Positions 34,239 through 49,200 of a stretch of DNA of 64,000 nucleotides are shown in pieces (within the stretch, counting starts at the first letter, position 1; each line of letters begins with the position of its first letter). The DNA is taken from the NCBI GenBank assembly GCA_964247055.1, contig OZ176050.1, positions 2,666,001 to 2,730,000 of the forward strand, in the 5' to 3' direction. The DNA comes from Paragordius varius. Taxonomy: Eukaryota > Animalia > Nematomorpha. The translations under genes and the position numbers were made by a program. Under the pieces are notes generated by a model that was not told the origin of the DNA, did no database searches, and saw only the letters and a list, made by a program, of their open reading frames with translations.

Positions 34239-37200
34239 TTAAATAATAGTACATAGTTTAGATTTAACACTATTCTTTTGCCGTAGCTGTTGTAAGGGAC
34301 TGGGTGGGGGGTTTCTCGGTTTATAAACTAGCGTTTCAAACCTCACCTTACTTTGATTATTTCCAGTCACGCTTATTTTGCTACCGGACTGCTTGGGCCC
34401 ATCTTGAGCGATTCCAGAATCTATGGTGTTTTCTTTGGACGGAATATGGCCAGGTGAAACTATACTACCTCGATTAGCTTCATCGTTATTGTTGTTATGA
34501 GTAGCGGGTTTTTGCTTTTGATGATGTAAATCTAAGCTATTTCGTGTGCCAGCTAAGAAGGATTTTCGATTCGCGCTCCTGGTTAGGGATGATGTATTTG
34601 GGCCATTATCTGACTCTTCGATAACACTTTTTTCGCCGGCAGAGTTGTAATTTGAGATCAAACTCCCAGGTTTTTTAATCATGTCCGTTAGCTTTGTGAT
34701 AGAATTTTCTTTTTTACGAAGAAGAGTGCCACCACCAATATGCTTTGGAGAAGTACCGGCGCTACCGTCAAAAATAATGGGTATCGGTTCTTGACTCGAT
34801 AAATCGTTATTATTGTTATTAAGTATACTGAGTGTCGAACCTCGGTTACCATGAGATCCTGAGTTTGGGCTATTTTCAACAACTCCATTATTAAGGTTCA
34901 TATCTGAGCGTCTACGAGGCCCAAACAGAGAAGTTTGACTTTTTCGTACATTATTTGATGAATTCATAATGTATGAGGCAGATTTAGGCGGTGTTGAAAT
35001 TATTTCTATTTCTCTTTTGACTGCTGAGGTATAACCTGAGAGAGGAACTTTATTTTCCTGCAACTTATCAGTTTCGTAAGTTTGAAAATTGGTTGATGAT
35101 GGTGTTGGTGTTCTCAGGGTATTTTGGGTGCAATTAGTCGAAAAAACATCATCATCATTATTAACATTATATATATTGTTATGTAAAGTATTATTTGGTA
35201 TATCTAATAAATTATTGTCATTCATACCAGTGTCCATTGATTTTAACCCTAAATATTGAAACAAAGTTCAATAAAATAACAGAAACACATATAGTGTATA
35301 TACGAGTAAAAGAGTCAACATAAATATTGAAATATGGACACCTTTTGTCAAAATAATTATATAGAGTGAAAAACTGACTATTTCATTATAAAATAAAAAA
35401 AATATTTAAAGAATAACCTTACTTAACGTCCCTTCATTCTGCTCTGCATTTTGAGATGTTTTGGATGCAGAAGCCCGTCTTGATTCACCCTTCATGCTAA
35501 TATCACCATTGGACATTTTCTTTAAATTAATTGAGTTTTGATGCTTTTTATTTTCTTGCTGTAAGCCATTCTCGAATTCCAAATTTTCACTTTTCTTAAG
35601 TGATGACGAATTGCTAGAATTTAACGATTGGTTCAATAATTGATCCATTACTTTTTCATTTTCTGTGTCAACTAGCTCATCCAAAGAGGTTAGCCTAGGA
35701 TTTCGCTTATACGTTGGTACATTACCTGGTAAACTTATGCGTTGAGATCGTTTATTATTATCATTCATATTATTGATAGAACTGTCTTCTTGTTGGGGAT
35801 TAGTTATATTGTCCGTACCTTGTTCTCTTCGTAAGCTAAATTGTTCAGGTGTATGATGGGTTTGACTACGACGATATAGACTTCGTTTATCTTGAAATTT
35901 TTGGTTGGGATCTAATTATTATTAATAATTTTCATAAATTAAGTCCAATATAATAAGATAGAGCATATCAAAACAATTCTTGATTTAGAATAAAATAATA
36001 GTTTTTTATGGAAAATAGGTTTTCGACCAAATGTATGTTAAATCTTACAAGAAAATCACGATTCAAAGCTGTGAAATGCAATCAATATTAAATTTGCCGA
36101 GTATATCTAACCGTTTTTCCCCACCAATGTCATTTTACTTTTTGAGATAATTAAACTGCTTTTGAATGAAAAATATATTGATTAAATATCTGCAGACATA
36201 AAAGCGTCACACATATATGATCTAACCTATTATATTGAACTAGAATTTTTCACAAGGAGTTATTTTTACAAAACTAATATATCATTGTGCTAATTAATTG
36301 TAACATAATACATTGGATATACAGTAAAAATTGAAATTATACGGACAAAATGTAAACACATACAGACAAATTTTTTTTTCAAAAACTACCATACTTTTTT
36401 TAAACCCTAATATATCCTATAAAGAACATTTAATTACAATCCTAAAAACATATTTGATTATGTTACCAATACATTTCTATATTATACTTTGTAGTTTAAA
36501 ACAATAAGTTATATATAAAAAAATCATGATTAAAAAAGTATGGTTGTCTTTTTGAAAAAGATATTTGTCTTTATAGTTTCACGTATTGTCCGTATAATTT
36601 CAATTTTTAGCGTAAATTTTTGACCCAACTATATGTAAATCCGTACTTAATCAAAATTTAGAAAAAGTGTAGACGCTTAGCAATTCGATAATTAACCATT
36701 AATACTAACTCAATACTTCTCACAAAAAATAAAAAAATTACCATTAGGCTGTACAGAGGGTTTTATGTTTTCCTTATTTTCAATTAACGGAGTACCTTGG
36801 CTTTGACGTTTACTGTGGATAAGAAGCGAGTCTTTACGAAGGGGTGAACTATTGTTTGTCTCTTCGTCTGAGGCATTTGTAATTGGTTCCTACATAAAGA
36901 AATATATAATAAAGATTTCAAATATTTTTTTGTCATAATTTGTAGTTATCATAAAATTGAATTTTAGAATATATAATAATGAATCTTACCCCATTTTCTT
37001 TAGGAGAAGACGGGGTGGAATTTAGTTGGTCTTCTAAAGTCCTACGCCGTGTTTCATACACTTGGGGTGGCTCATTCACAAATTTTGTGCTTTTTTTCTT
37101 GACACGATTTTTCATATTCTATAATAAATTTTAATTGATTGGTGGTAATATAAAATGTCTATGTGTGGAAAAACACACCCATACACTAAAAATTATACTG

Positions 37201-40200
37201 TTTCATTTTCAGGCGGCTTATTTTCTGATGCATTCGATCCTCTGGTGGTTTTTTGTTCAAAAACTTGGCCATCATCATTATCATTAACTATGAGATTGGA
37301 GAAGAGATCATTCATATCCTTATTTTGTGTTTCAGGGATTATTGCATCGTTTTGTCCCTTATTTTCCTTCTGGTCTGTGGTAGAGTCTACACTATTTTGA
37401 TATTTCTCATCTCTATACTGCTGTTTATTACTGTCAAGCGATGTTTGATTAATATTATTGGATGGCACTGATATACTATCACTGCGGGACATGGAACGAA
37501 ATTTAATTCTACGACCGCGACTATTTTCTCTTTTGTTAATATTAACGGCGGCGTTGTTTTGGGTTCCTTCATCATTATCGTTGGAAAGATAATTTTCTTC
37601 ATCTTCACTTTCGCCTACAATCGTGTGATTAGGGGAAGATATTTCATTGCTAAATCTACTTGCATCTGAGTTTTGGCGTTCGAATGAAGGCCGGTGCGTA
37701 TCGTTTTGTTCCATACCTGATTCACCATTTTCCATCCGCTCGGTGGAGTGATTTGGTGTTTGTTCAGGGTTGTTTACTATGGTAACAAAGTAACCATATA
37801 AAATAAAATGTTAATATTTAGGTATAAATCCAAAAGTTTAAAGCAAAAAATTATATTTTTTGGAAAAAAAACCATGATATACCTAATATTATTAAAGATG
37901 CTAGGCATAAAGATATTTTGCAAGTTATAACCTTATTCCTTATTTTACAATTCAAAATGAAAGTATAGTTATTTGCAATTTTCTTTTTTATCTTAATAGT
38001 TTTATTTTATTTTTTACTGTATTTACCATTTTCCGCCGATGGAAGCGCTTGGGTTCCACCAATCATAGCACTAGTTTGTGCCTTTGAAGGAGAAGACCTG
38101 CTTTTAAACAAGGAAGAATTTCTATGAAACTTTCGCACTTCACCTAATCTCCCTCCTAAAAAAATAATTACAAAACTAACAAACATATATAAATAAAAAA
38201 GATATTACTTTGATTATAAATATTTTTATTTCAATAGATTTTATGCGTCATATTAAAATTAAAAATCATTTATTCTATAAAGTCGAAAACCCTAAACAGA
38301 ATTAAAGTTAACAAATGTAATAATTTAGCACATCATCTATTACAATATGACTCTCATACCTTCCAATGGTACATGTTGGATGTTAGCGTTTAACATGCCT
38401 TGTTGTTGTGCAGATTTTATCGTTTTGTCCTGTTGAGTGGAATTTCGCTTAGAATCTTTATCAAGTAAGTTAGCATTTCGATTCCCAATAGCCTTGTCAT
38501 TATCGTTAAAATCAATGGATTGTCGATCGCTTGTATGGGTAGAGTTTTGTTCACTCTCTACTATCGTACTGTTTGGATTTAAGTTTTGATTGTTGAAAGA
38601 ATTTATGTCAAAATTTGGATCTTTCGCTAATTCATCCCATTTTGCCCGATTATTTTTAACGCCATCTAACAGAGGTTCTAAACTGGGATCCATTTTCGCT
38701 AACGCCTAAAAATTGGGTAATGAAATGTTAAAAAAAATATTGTATTAATTTAGAGGGTTTGAGAAAAAAATAGGTTTAAATAAATTTTTATGTTATAATT
38801 GGAAATTAGAAAAAAAAGTATACCACCTACCTCATAAAGCGGATAACAAACGAAATTGATAAAATCGACTTGCATTTTTGGCATCTCAGGTGCTTTATCA
38901 CGATCCATCAAGGGCTGTTTTATATCAAACACAGACAAATATTTTTATAATTGGATAAAATAATCATCATTGATTTCTATTTTTTACGGTTAAAAATAAA
39001 AAAAACTCAGAGAATAGTGTTATACCAAAGGTTGAAGGTGTAATTTAGACTTTTCAATATCTCCTTGTTCGAAAAATTCTTTGGCCACCAAAATACCAAT
39101 CCTCTGTTGAACTGGCCATGGTTTAGTTATGGCCGCTATATCACATGCCGTCATCAACATTGAACTTTATAAAAAAAATATAATTTTTAATTAAAATTTT
39201 TAAAAAATTATAAAATAGAATTTACCTCAATAAATAATGATTTTCTGGATCCGAAAAATCAATGTGACCCTTATTGACGAGTTCAATGAATGATGGTCGA
39301 CGTCTAAGATGGAAAAATAAAATATTTGTTATTAAAACTACTAAAATATAGTTTTAGATCATCAGGGGTGTACAACACTTATCTTCGCGGTTGCTATGAT
39401 AATTTTAGGTTTTTTTCATTTTTAAGCCCGAATTTGGAAGATATTTCTTAATAATCATAATTTTTGGATTAAAAACCTTTTATTTTTTAAACATTTTTCA
39501 GAGTACATTTGCGTACCCAAAAAAGCGTGTTAGACATCGCTGTTAAATTAAAAATATAAAGGAATACTTGAAATAAATTGCTAAATCAGTTGCCAGAATG
39601 TATGTTTCTAGTAATTCAATACATTTCTTATAATCACTGGGAGACAAGGATTGGAGTATAGTGTTACCCTATGTGGTAATTACAGCGTTAATTTTATTTC
39701 TTTCTATATTCTATAAAATTTTAAAGTAAGTTAGAATTGTTTTTAAACATACCGGGCTATTTAAAATCATAATACATTGGTCAAAATGGTGGTGTTCGAG
39801 TGTGGAAGTTGTATATACCTTGGCTAATGATGTCTCTGCTCTATTTTGAAATAAATTAAAAAAAATCAATTTATATATTTTTAATTGATTTTAAAAAACT
39901 CCAAAAATATATTTTAATAATAAATTTTCTACTTGCTCATAAATGCATTATTAGTTCCACGGTGATCCAAATCGTGGCATAAACATGCCACCAACAAACA
40001 AAAAATCTCTAAATCTGTAAAATGTTTTGACATTCGCCCAGTCTAAAAAATATAATTGAAAAATTTCAAATATATCATACTTATTTATTTATTGTCAAAA
40101 AATGGTTAAAAAAATATGTTTAATTAATAGTAATAAAATTACCGTGAGAATGCAAAACATGACTTGGGCCACGTTAAAAGCGTGTCTCCAATTATGGTAA

Positions 40201-43200
40201 GTAACATTTCGATAATTTTTGCGGACACTCAATATCCATCGACTCAGAATCTATTGTGAAAATTTACAAAATGTTAATGTAATATATTTTAACGGACAAC
40301 ATATGATTTTTGTCTACCATAAAAACAGTCTAAAAATCAATAATGAATAAAAAAACAAATTTATATATATATAATCAAAATACCTCAAGGGGAATATTAA
40401 ATTTAGCAGGAAGATCCAAATGATAAAACATGGCAAGTGCAGCTAAAATAGTTTGATCGTTGGTCATGTCCTTATCGTCGAAATCGAACCCGTCTAAATT
40501 CCATTGTTTTACGGATGGAATATTTTTGCTCTGCATAAATACAGTTATAAAATTAAAAAAGACTTAAAAAGTAAAAGTTCAAAATTTTCATGCTCAAAGA
40601 AAAATAAATAAAAAAGTTAAGGTAAATGGTTTTTGTGATAAAAAAAATTTGATTTCACTTTTTAAAGTTTAGTCTATATAATTAGAATTTTTACGTATCC
40701 AAATGAAAAAAATATAAAAATTTTATAAATTTAAACATAATACTTTTATTTTCCTAGCTTCTTCGAGTGATGCAGTAGCATGGTAAGATAAAACTTCGAG
40801 AGCCACGTTTTGTTTAGCAATTAATTTTACCACATTTTCATACATGGAAGTATTATTGATCCCAAGACCACAGAAAAGTGCAAATGCCTAGCATAGGAAA
40901 AAAATGTATTAACAGCAACAGTAAAATATCCAAATATGCGGAAAAATGGTTAAAAAAATTTTTTCAAAAGACAACCATACTTATTTACATCTGAATTTTT
41001 CCTTTATAAATTATATATATTCACAATAAATATAAAAATTGATTGTGTGACCTATATACATCTCTATTTCATTCAAAAAATGATTTAATTTTTTTTGAAA
41101 ATCGAGATTGAAAAAGTATGGTTGTGTTTTAGAAATACATATTTGTATTTATATTTTTACGTTTTGTCCGTATAATTTTAATGTTTACTGTAAAAATTAA
41201 TATATTTTTTTAAAAAAATACCTAAATCCTATTTTTATAATCTATGAAATTTCAATTGAGAAATATGGATAAAAATATTAATACCTTTAACCTTATATTG
41301 TACGATCATTATTTCATGAAAAATAACGTAAATACTTAAAATATGGTTGTGTTTTCATAAAAAAGAATTTTTTACCTTTGGTGTTAAATCTAACATAGTT
41401 TTTATGTATATCCAATATATTTTCGTAATAAATTTTTATTTCGTATAATTGATTCCAAAATATTAGGTTTACTTTAAAACCTTTTCCAAGTCGCTTTTAA
41501 AAATCTTTAAAATCAAAAATATAACAAAAAATACTATATATATTTCATTTTAGTTTCTTTACCATATTTTTGCATAACAGTTAACTTATGTCCCTTCAGA
41601 CATTCTCAACAACACCATAGCATAAATTAGAAACGTAAATAATTCAAAATTAAAACAAAAAAATAAAACTTCAATGAGTGCAATATCGCTATCATCAAAG
41701 GGTTCATCTTCCTTATGTATGAATTGGACAGCACCAAAAACCACATTTTCATTGTTCATGATGGGAACGGTCAATACATTTTTGGGATAATCTTGATCAT
41801 CTTTTACTGTGACTACGCTACATTCCGATAACTAAAAGTTATAAAATAATAATTGAAAAGGTATAAAATGTAAAAATAAAAAGATAAATATTTTTTATGT
41901 GTATAGAGAAGACGATATTTTGTAAATTTTAAATTTTTAAATATATCTTTTGGGCAGAAAAGTAGGGGATAGAGACTCAAATTGGTTACGCAACTCAATT
42001 TTACCGCTTCAAAAAATATTTTTTCCGGTAAGCATAATTTATATTTAAATAGGAAAATACCACAAATTTGAATTAACCTAAAGACTCTGATAATTGTTAA
42101 CATCATAAAAAATAAAAATATAGGCCTATATATTAAATTCATATATGGCCTTTTGCTTTCCAATAATAGGTGTTTACCTGATTTTTCTGATTATCCTAGC
42201 TTATTATTTTTCAAAAAAAAACAATACATATAATAATTGTTGAATAATAAAAATATTGTCATTTAATGTATTCATACATTTAAAACATTAGACAAAATAC
42301 TGGTATTTTTTAGTCTCATGCTTAGAATTAAATTATGATTATTTATAAGTAGGGAAATAATTAAATAAATATTGTTTACCAATGATTTCAAATCTTCCCC
42401 GTTATCTGTTTGTCCATTATGAATGTTTAATGTCTTAAGAGAAAAATAAAAAAAATATATTTTTGACATATTTATTCAAAAAATATTTTAAGTAAAGAGA
42501 AAAAACCAAAATATTTACCTCGCCATGTAAAACAACATACATTGCTATTTGGGTTTCAGGTGTATTTTGAAATTCCTCTGGTCTAAATTAAAGATAGCAC
42601 ATTTAATGCTGGAAATTAAAATATTTTTTTTAATTATTAACCTAATATTAATAATTATTAACCTAATATAAGATATGGATAATACAATTTTTTTAATTTC
42701 AAATTTTACTAATAACCCATATAACACAAGTATTTGTACAGTGTTACTAATTAAAATATGAAAACCTCAATTTAATAATTCTTTATTGGCAAAATAATAT
42801 AATACGGTATTCAAGTATTTACTTTTACGATTAGTAGGTCAATTCATTAAATAACTGCGTATTCAAGTAAAACCAAGTAATGAACGATAAATGGTATATT
42901 AATATTTTTAAGAAAGGTATTGTATTGAATTGAATCCAATTAAGATATGGCTCTATAAAAATTTAGTTTTATTTAAAAATTCCTATTCAATGGGCCTGTA
43001 TAATAAGAATATCACAATGTAAAAACGAAAGGCATTAAGCATATAAAAATAATTTATAGATTGTGAAAATCTTAAAATAATGTATATATTTAGAGAACAT
43101 TTATTGTTGATTTAAACACTTTTTTAGCCGTTTAAAATAAAAAAATACTAAGTTAGATTTAAATTAAAAACACGGCTGTAAAATGGGTCAACCCTTGTTT

Positions 43201-46200
43201 CGTAAATAAAATTATATTATAAATACTTCAATTTCTTGATATCATATTCACCGTCATCCATATTGACCAATTTAAACACGGGAGAAAACTGAAGTGTAGA
43301 TTCGCTTACAGAATTTTGCTATATAAAAACGCAAAACACAAACATAAAATAATTATAAAAAACTTTTTCAAAAAATTTATATTTCCAAAAAAAATACTGT
43401 TTGTAAATCGGTTTTTGTACTTGCCGACGTCCGATCAATGACATGATGAGTGGACACATTAAAATCACGATGGATTATGTATATGGCACATTCTGAACGA
43501 ATTATTTCTTGAGTATCTCGCATGATTTTAGGCACCAAAAGATCCAACGTATTTTGCTGCTCAAATATGTTGCGGGCCAACTTCAATAACAACTGTTTCA
43601 ATAGTAACATGTTGATCATGTATTATTATAAAATATTAACAGATAAAAACTATTCGATTCAAAAAGGCACAGGTAAAAGCGTTTATGCCTTAATATCAAT
43701 AAAATTTGGGTAAAATTTTTTAAAAAAATTGTTTTAATAGAGGAGATGATAAATACATATAGAGAGAGAGAGAGAGAGCTACAGGAAATTAAATATGACG
43801 CGGCAAGAAATTACAAAAGAAATAGGGGGGAAGAAAGGATAAAAAACTAAAAGTAATAATCTTTATTAAGTATTACTTTTGTGAGAATAACGGTAATCTA
43901 TACATATATGCCAAAACCAATTATCTTATAATTAGTAATTTATTGTTAAATTTATTTTATTAAAATTTAAAAAAAACGAGAAAAAAATGTTTTTAATTAA
44001 AATAATTTTTACCACACTACACTTCCGCCCCTACCTTTAAATATTTATTATCCAGTTTCCGATTTGGATTTGAGAATACGGTTTATGATAAGGATTATTG
44101 AGAATATATATATTATGCCAAATCAAGAATCAAGATAACATTCTAAATCACCAGAAAGAATTAGATTAAAAACCCAATTTTCACTCCTTGTGTGAAAAAG
44201 GATTTGAAGAAAAAGTAAAATTTGCAATTTTCTTTCTACCTTTAAAAATTTACGATTAAGGATAAATCGGTTAAATAGAAGATAAATTGAATTATATTGT
44301 ATTGTCAAAAAAAATAACATAATTTTCCAATAACTCTCTGCATGATATGATATTTCCAAAAATCGTGTATGTAAGCTTTTACAAACCAACAGATATGTTT
44401 CCTCCGAAAGGATTGCATCAATGCAAAAATGGATAAAAAATATAGGTTTTTTTTCGTTTCCGTATATTTTATCACATAAACTACTAGTACAAGTAAGGCA
44501 TACCTTTAAATTTAGCTTTTACTTGATTATTATTATTATTAACAGTTACCAAAGTTAATTCTTTTTTCACGAAAACAGAATATTATGTGCGCATAAAACA
44601 AAATATAGAAAAACAAAAAGGTAAAAAGACACAACAGTCATCGTATAGTTTATACTTTATAGATTGCACAGAGTATACGCGCCTTTTCTAATTCCATAAT
44701 ATTCTCTGTCTTGTTTTATAATTTAATGTTAGATTAGATATATATCGTAGTCTAAATTTAGTAATAACAAGATATATATATATTTCATTTCATACAGGTA
44801 AGGCGTGGGTGTGTATGGTGTGTGTATAGATATATAACATTTATAGGTTTTTTAAACGAAAAAAAATATTATTGGTTAATTAAATGCTAATTATTACTAT
44901 ATAAGCCGTGTATGTATACAGAGGATTACATGATATGTCGAAACAGCTTAGATATCAATCCAATAACTCTTAATTCATAAATACCTATAACAATTTTTTT
45001 TGTAAAATATTGGTTTGTTTATGGTCGCATCATAAGATATTGATATTCATTGTAGCCTCTATATTATTATGAGTATTTTAGACAATAGGAAATTTGAATA
45101 TCAATATAAATTAATATATTTTGGCGTTCAATAGACAATATTACATATATAACTGTTATGCCAAGCGTCTTTTCCTCCCAAAAGTGGATCGAAATGAATT
45201 TTATAAAATTTGCCTTCAGAAAAATACTATTTTATCAGTACTTTTTAATGCCATATAATATTACTAACTGGTAGACTAATCAAATAAATCCGATTCGTCT
45301 GAATATTTAATCATAAAATATCACAATGAGGTCATATTTTGGTATGCTAACTCTTCAGTTAGCGCAAACGCCTGTTCTCAAAAGATAAAATAAGCAAATA
45401 ATGTTCAGTTTCATGAAAATGATGGCCCCCTTTATGTAACAGTCATAATATGTAACGCTCTAATCTTCTATAATATATTAAAGAAATCTATATCTCCTCA
45501 TCATTTATAATTATATACCAAGATTTGTCTGATAAGAAGCTATAAATATCATCACCCATTTATTATAATGATTGCTATATATTTAGCTTTCTTTCTCCGC
45601 AATATTTTGTTTTTTAAAACGCTCTAAATTAATTTAATAACTATTTTTAATCAATTTCACCCGTTTGTTAAAGTCTCAAACTTTACTACCAACGATATAA
45701 TCATTCCGCGATATGGTTTAATCCTCAAACTATATGTTTGACTCTATATGCACTGAAAAAATTGATTTTGATTAATATGTTGTAATGCTTTTGATACTCT
45801 GGCCATATATTAAAAAATATATCATAAATTATTCAGAACCCTTAGTATAATCCAAAACTTTCTCTTCGTCTATTTTGGGCTTTAATGCAGTAAGGATTAG
45901 GTATGTTAGTATGACAACAACACTTATTTGTCAATTAATTAGGTTAATGCTAACATACTAAACTCAAAGTGACGAATATAAATATTAAAATTAATGTTAA
46001 GATTCCGGAATTCGTTGTGTTTTTCTATCCTATTTTATGTACTGTTTCTTGTATAAAAAAAGTCTTGATTCGCACTTTAACTTAGATTAATTCAATGCTC
46101 ACATCCCATATAACATAATGAATAGGTTTTCAATATTTAAGCGATTTTGTATATTTCAGAAAGACAGTTTAGGAAATAATATCTTCATTATAAGGTTATC

Positions 46201-49200
46201 ATGTTTTGTTTTGTGTAAAAGTATATTCTTTTCCTTGACTCATTGGGTTGCTACATATTACTAGATTTTGTTTAATTAAGAGAAGTGTTAAAGCGTTTTG
46301 GGATTTCTGCGGTTCCTAGAATATTTGATTTTAGTGTGAAAAATTATAGATCTATCCAGACTTCAATTATTTTTCAGAAAGAGAAAATTTAGCATGGAAT
46401 GGACACCATTAAGTTTTATGACTTATAGTACGTTAAAAAAACCATGAATTGTTTTGCAAAATTGTTCTAAAGTGGTATAAACAAACGCATGTTCTTTTTG
46501 CCATGTAGGAACTTGTGAAAATAATTATTCCATAATATTCAGTACTTTAAGCGTTCAATGAAGTTATATTTTATAATTTTACGACATTCTACCAATCTGT
46601 TCATATATGATTCGAATAAATATCTTTATAAAAACTATATTTTATAACCTAAAAACGGGATACCATATTTTAACTATTTATAACTCCGCAAGAAATTCTA
46701 TAAAAAGTGAGGCCGAATTTGAATTGGCCATCTGCTTAAAACTTAAATGTCATATAGTAATATAGCACGCACCAAAAATACGAGTCTTTAGATCTTTATA
46801 AAAAATGTTTTGTTGGTGAAATATAAAAAACAAGGCTGAAATGAAATACCATTCTATTAAGTAAATAAACTTGTAATAAGGCGTAAATTTAAATGTAATT
46901 TGGGGGATAAAATGACAAGAAAAGCAAATGACCTTAGAAATGAAAGTAGACATATTTTACTGGCAAAAACAATATGCGGTAAAAATGGGGAATGTTTATA
47001 TATTATATGTCATAGGTTAAAACTTCAGCATATTAAATATCGAAAATAAATACGGTTAACAAACTAGGGTCAAATAATATTAAATACCATAAATGAAAAC
47101 GCGACAACTAAATTTTATTTGTTAATATACCATAAAGATAATCCTAGAGCAAAATACTATCAACAAAGGTTTTAATTGAGAAAATTTTATTAAGGCAAAA
47201 TCGCACTTTGGTGTTAAATTTGAAAATAAAAACTTGTTTATATGCGGGAGATGTCAATTTTTATTCTAATTTTCATAAAATTTACTCTATATACAAATAT
47301 ATCGCTTTTAAAATAATTTAAGTTTTATAAAAAAAGAATTTTTTTGATAATTTTTACCAAAGCGAGCGTATATTTTTAACAAAACATCCATTATAATATA
47401 TAATTACTTTTTCTGAACAATTTATTATAGAAAAAAGGCTCTTGATTTGAGGAATTTATGACCTTTAAAAGCCGAAATGACGCCAAAAATTGTATAATCA
47501 GGATTTTCGGGTAAAAGAATTTTCTTAATCAAAAATCTGAGATGATAGACTTTTTCTGCATCGTGTATGGAAAAAATACTATGATATATATCATATATGT
47601 ATATACCATTTGCACTTCAAGAGTGTCCTTGAACATTTCAAGTTGGTCCTTTAACTTTTTTTGTTTTTAACTTTTATCACTCAAATCGTATATCATTAAT
47701 CTATTTTATCGTTTTTAACCTATTTTTTATTATTTACGATAAATTTTAAATCAGTATCAACGTTTAATCATTGAGAAACCGTATATCTTTATTAATTTAT
47801 TAATGTTTGGATGATTTTTAAATGTTAAAAAATATATAAATTATCTAAGATGTTATTTAAAATTTTTTGAAAATATAAGTTAATAATTTTGTTAAATTGG
47901 AAAAAATTAGTTTAAAACAAAAAAGTAGCTTTTGAACAATTTAATTTTAAATGAATAAATAAAAAAATACATTCAAAAATTATGGTTAAATCAATTAAAC
48001 ACTCTAAGGACCAACTTGAAGTGTTCAAGGACCAACTTAAAATGTTCAAAGACACTCTTGAAGTGCAAATGGTATTATATATTGGAAGTTTCGTAAAAAT
48101 TATTCGCAGCTTCTGCCTTGGTGCAAATTATTCAAAAATTCTCTTATTTAAATAAGGCTTAAATTATTTTGAAGACGATATATTGGATAAACTTTATATA
48201 TAAAGTAAAATAATTTTATGAAATCTTTTACCGCATATTAACAAGTTTCGATGATTCAAATTTGGCGACAAAATGTGATTTTTTAGCTTATGTTCTTGTA
48301 AGTCTTCCTAGGACCTTCAGAAAAAATCTAAAATATTTTGCGTTTAGGATTATCCTTGTGGTACATATTACCAAATAAAATTTAGTTGACGCATCTTCTA
48401 TATTGTTTAAAATTTGATTTGACCTAATATGCGATAAAAATCTGTTTTTTTCATTTTGGATAACAGAAAAATTTATTCTAATATTTTAACCGCATATATT
48501 ATTTCGCTATTCATTATCCTGAAGCTTGTAACTATCGAATAATATATGAATTAAAAACAATTATTTTCTCCGTTATTTACAGTTGCAACTTTTAAAGCCA
48601 CCCGCGAAATTCGCAAAAACATTATGTTAAAAACCTTAGTTGAATAGTAAAATAAATATAATTTTTCACTAATTATTATTTTTTAGTCTTCCTGCTTTAT
48701 TTTACTCAAAAAATATATTAGTCACATTTAAAACACATTGTTCGATGCGGGGTTAATTTTAAAGCCGTTTATAAATATATACCATGTTCTATCCTTTGAT
48801 AAAACTTGAAGTATTAATGGTTCTTTTAAGGTAAATATTGGAAATCTTTTTGACAACGGAATAAGTAGGAATAATTGGTGAAATAATAAGTATATTCTTG
48901 TTGTTGATTTACATACAATTGTTTAAAATTAAATTAAATATTTATTGTTTTAAAATCCGGCCCGCTGGTTTTTTGAGTTAAAAATGCGGCCCAAATTAAA
49001 GCCCCTGGCTTAGAGCTGTGGTTTTGTATTTCTAATTGGTATAATTTGTTTTTTTGAAAATTACAGAAGGTTTTTTCCCTAAGTCATAAGGTTGTTTTCC
49101 ATATCTCGCGTTCACTTTCTATTATATTGAGAAGAACTTTATACCTTAGACTTGTGGTTGGAACACCGGTAATTGTCAGGAAACGTTCTGGCTTATTAAT

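Noticed and set aside
40188-40197. Perfect CArG box CCAATTATGG (SRF site)
   Set aside because: It is simply the coding sequence of the invariant PDE YHNW motif. I saw no perfect CArG box in the SRF/UNC-45 spacer.
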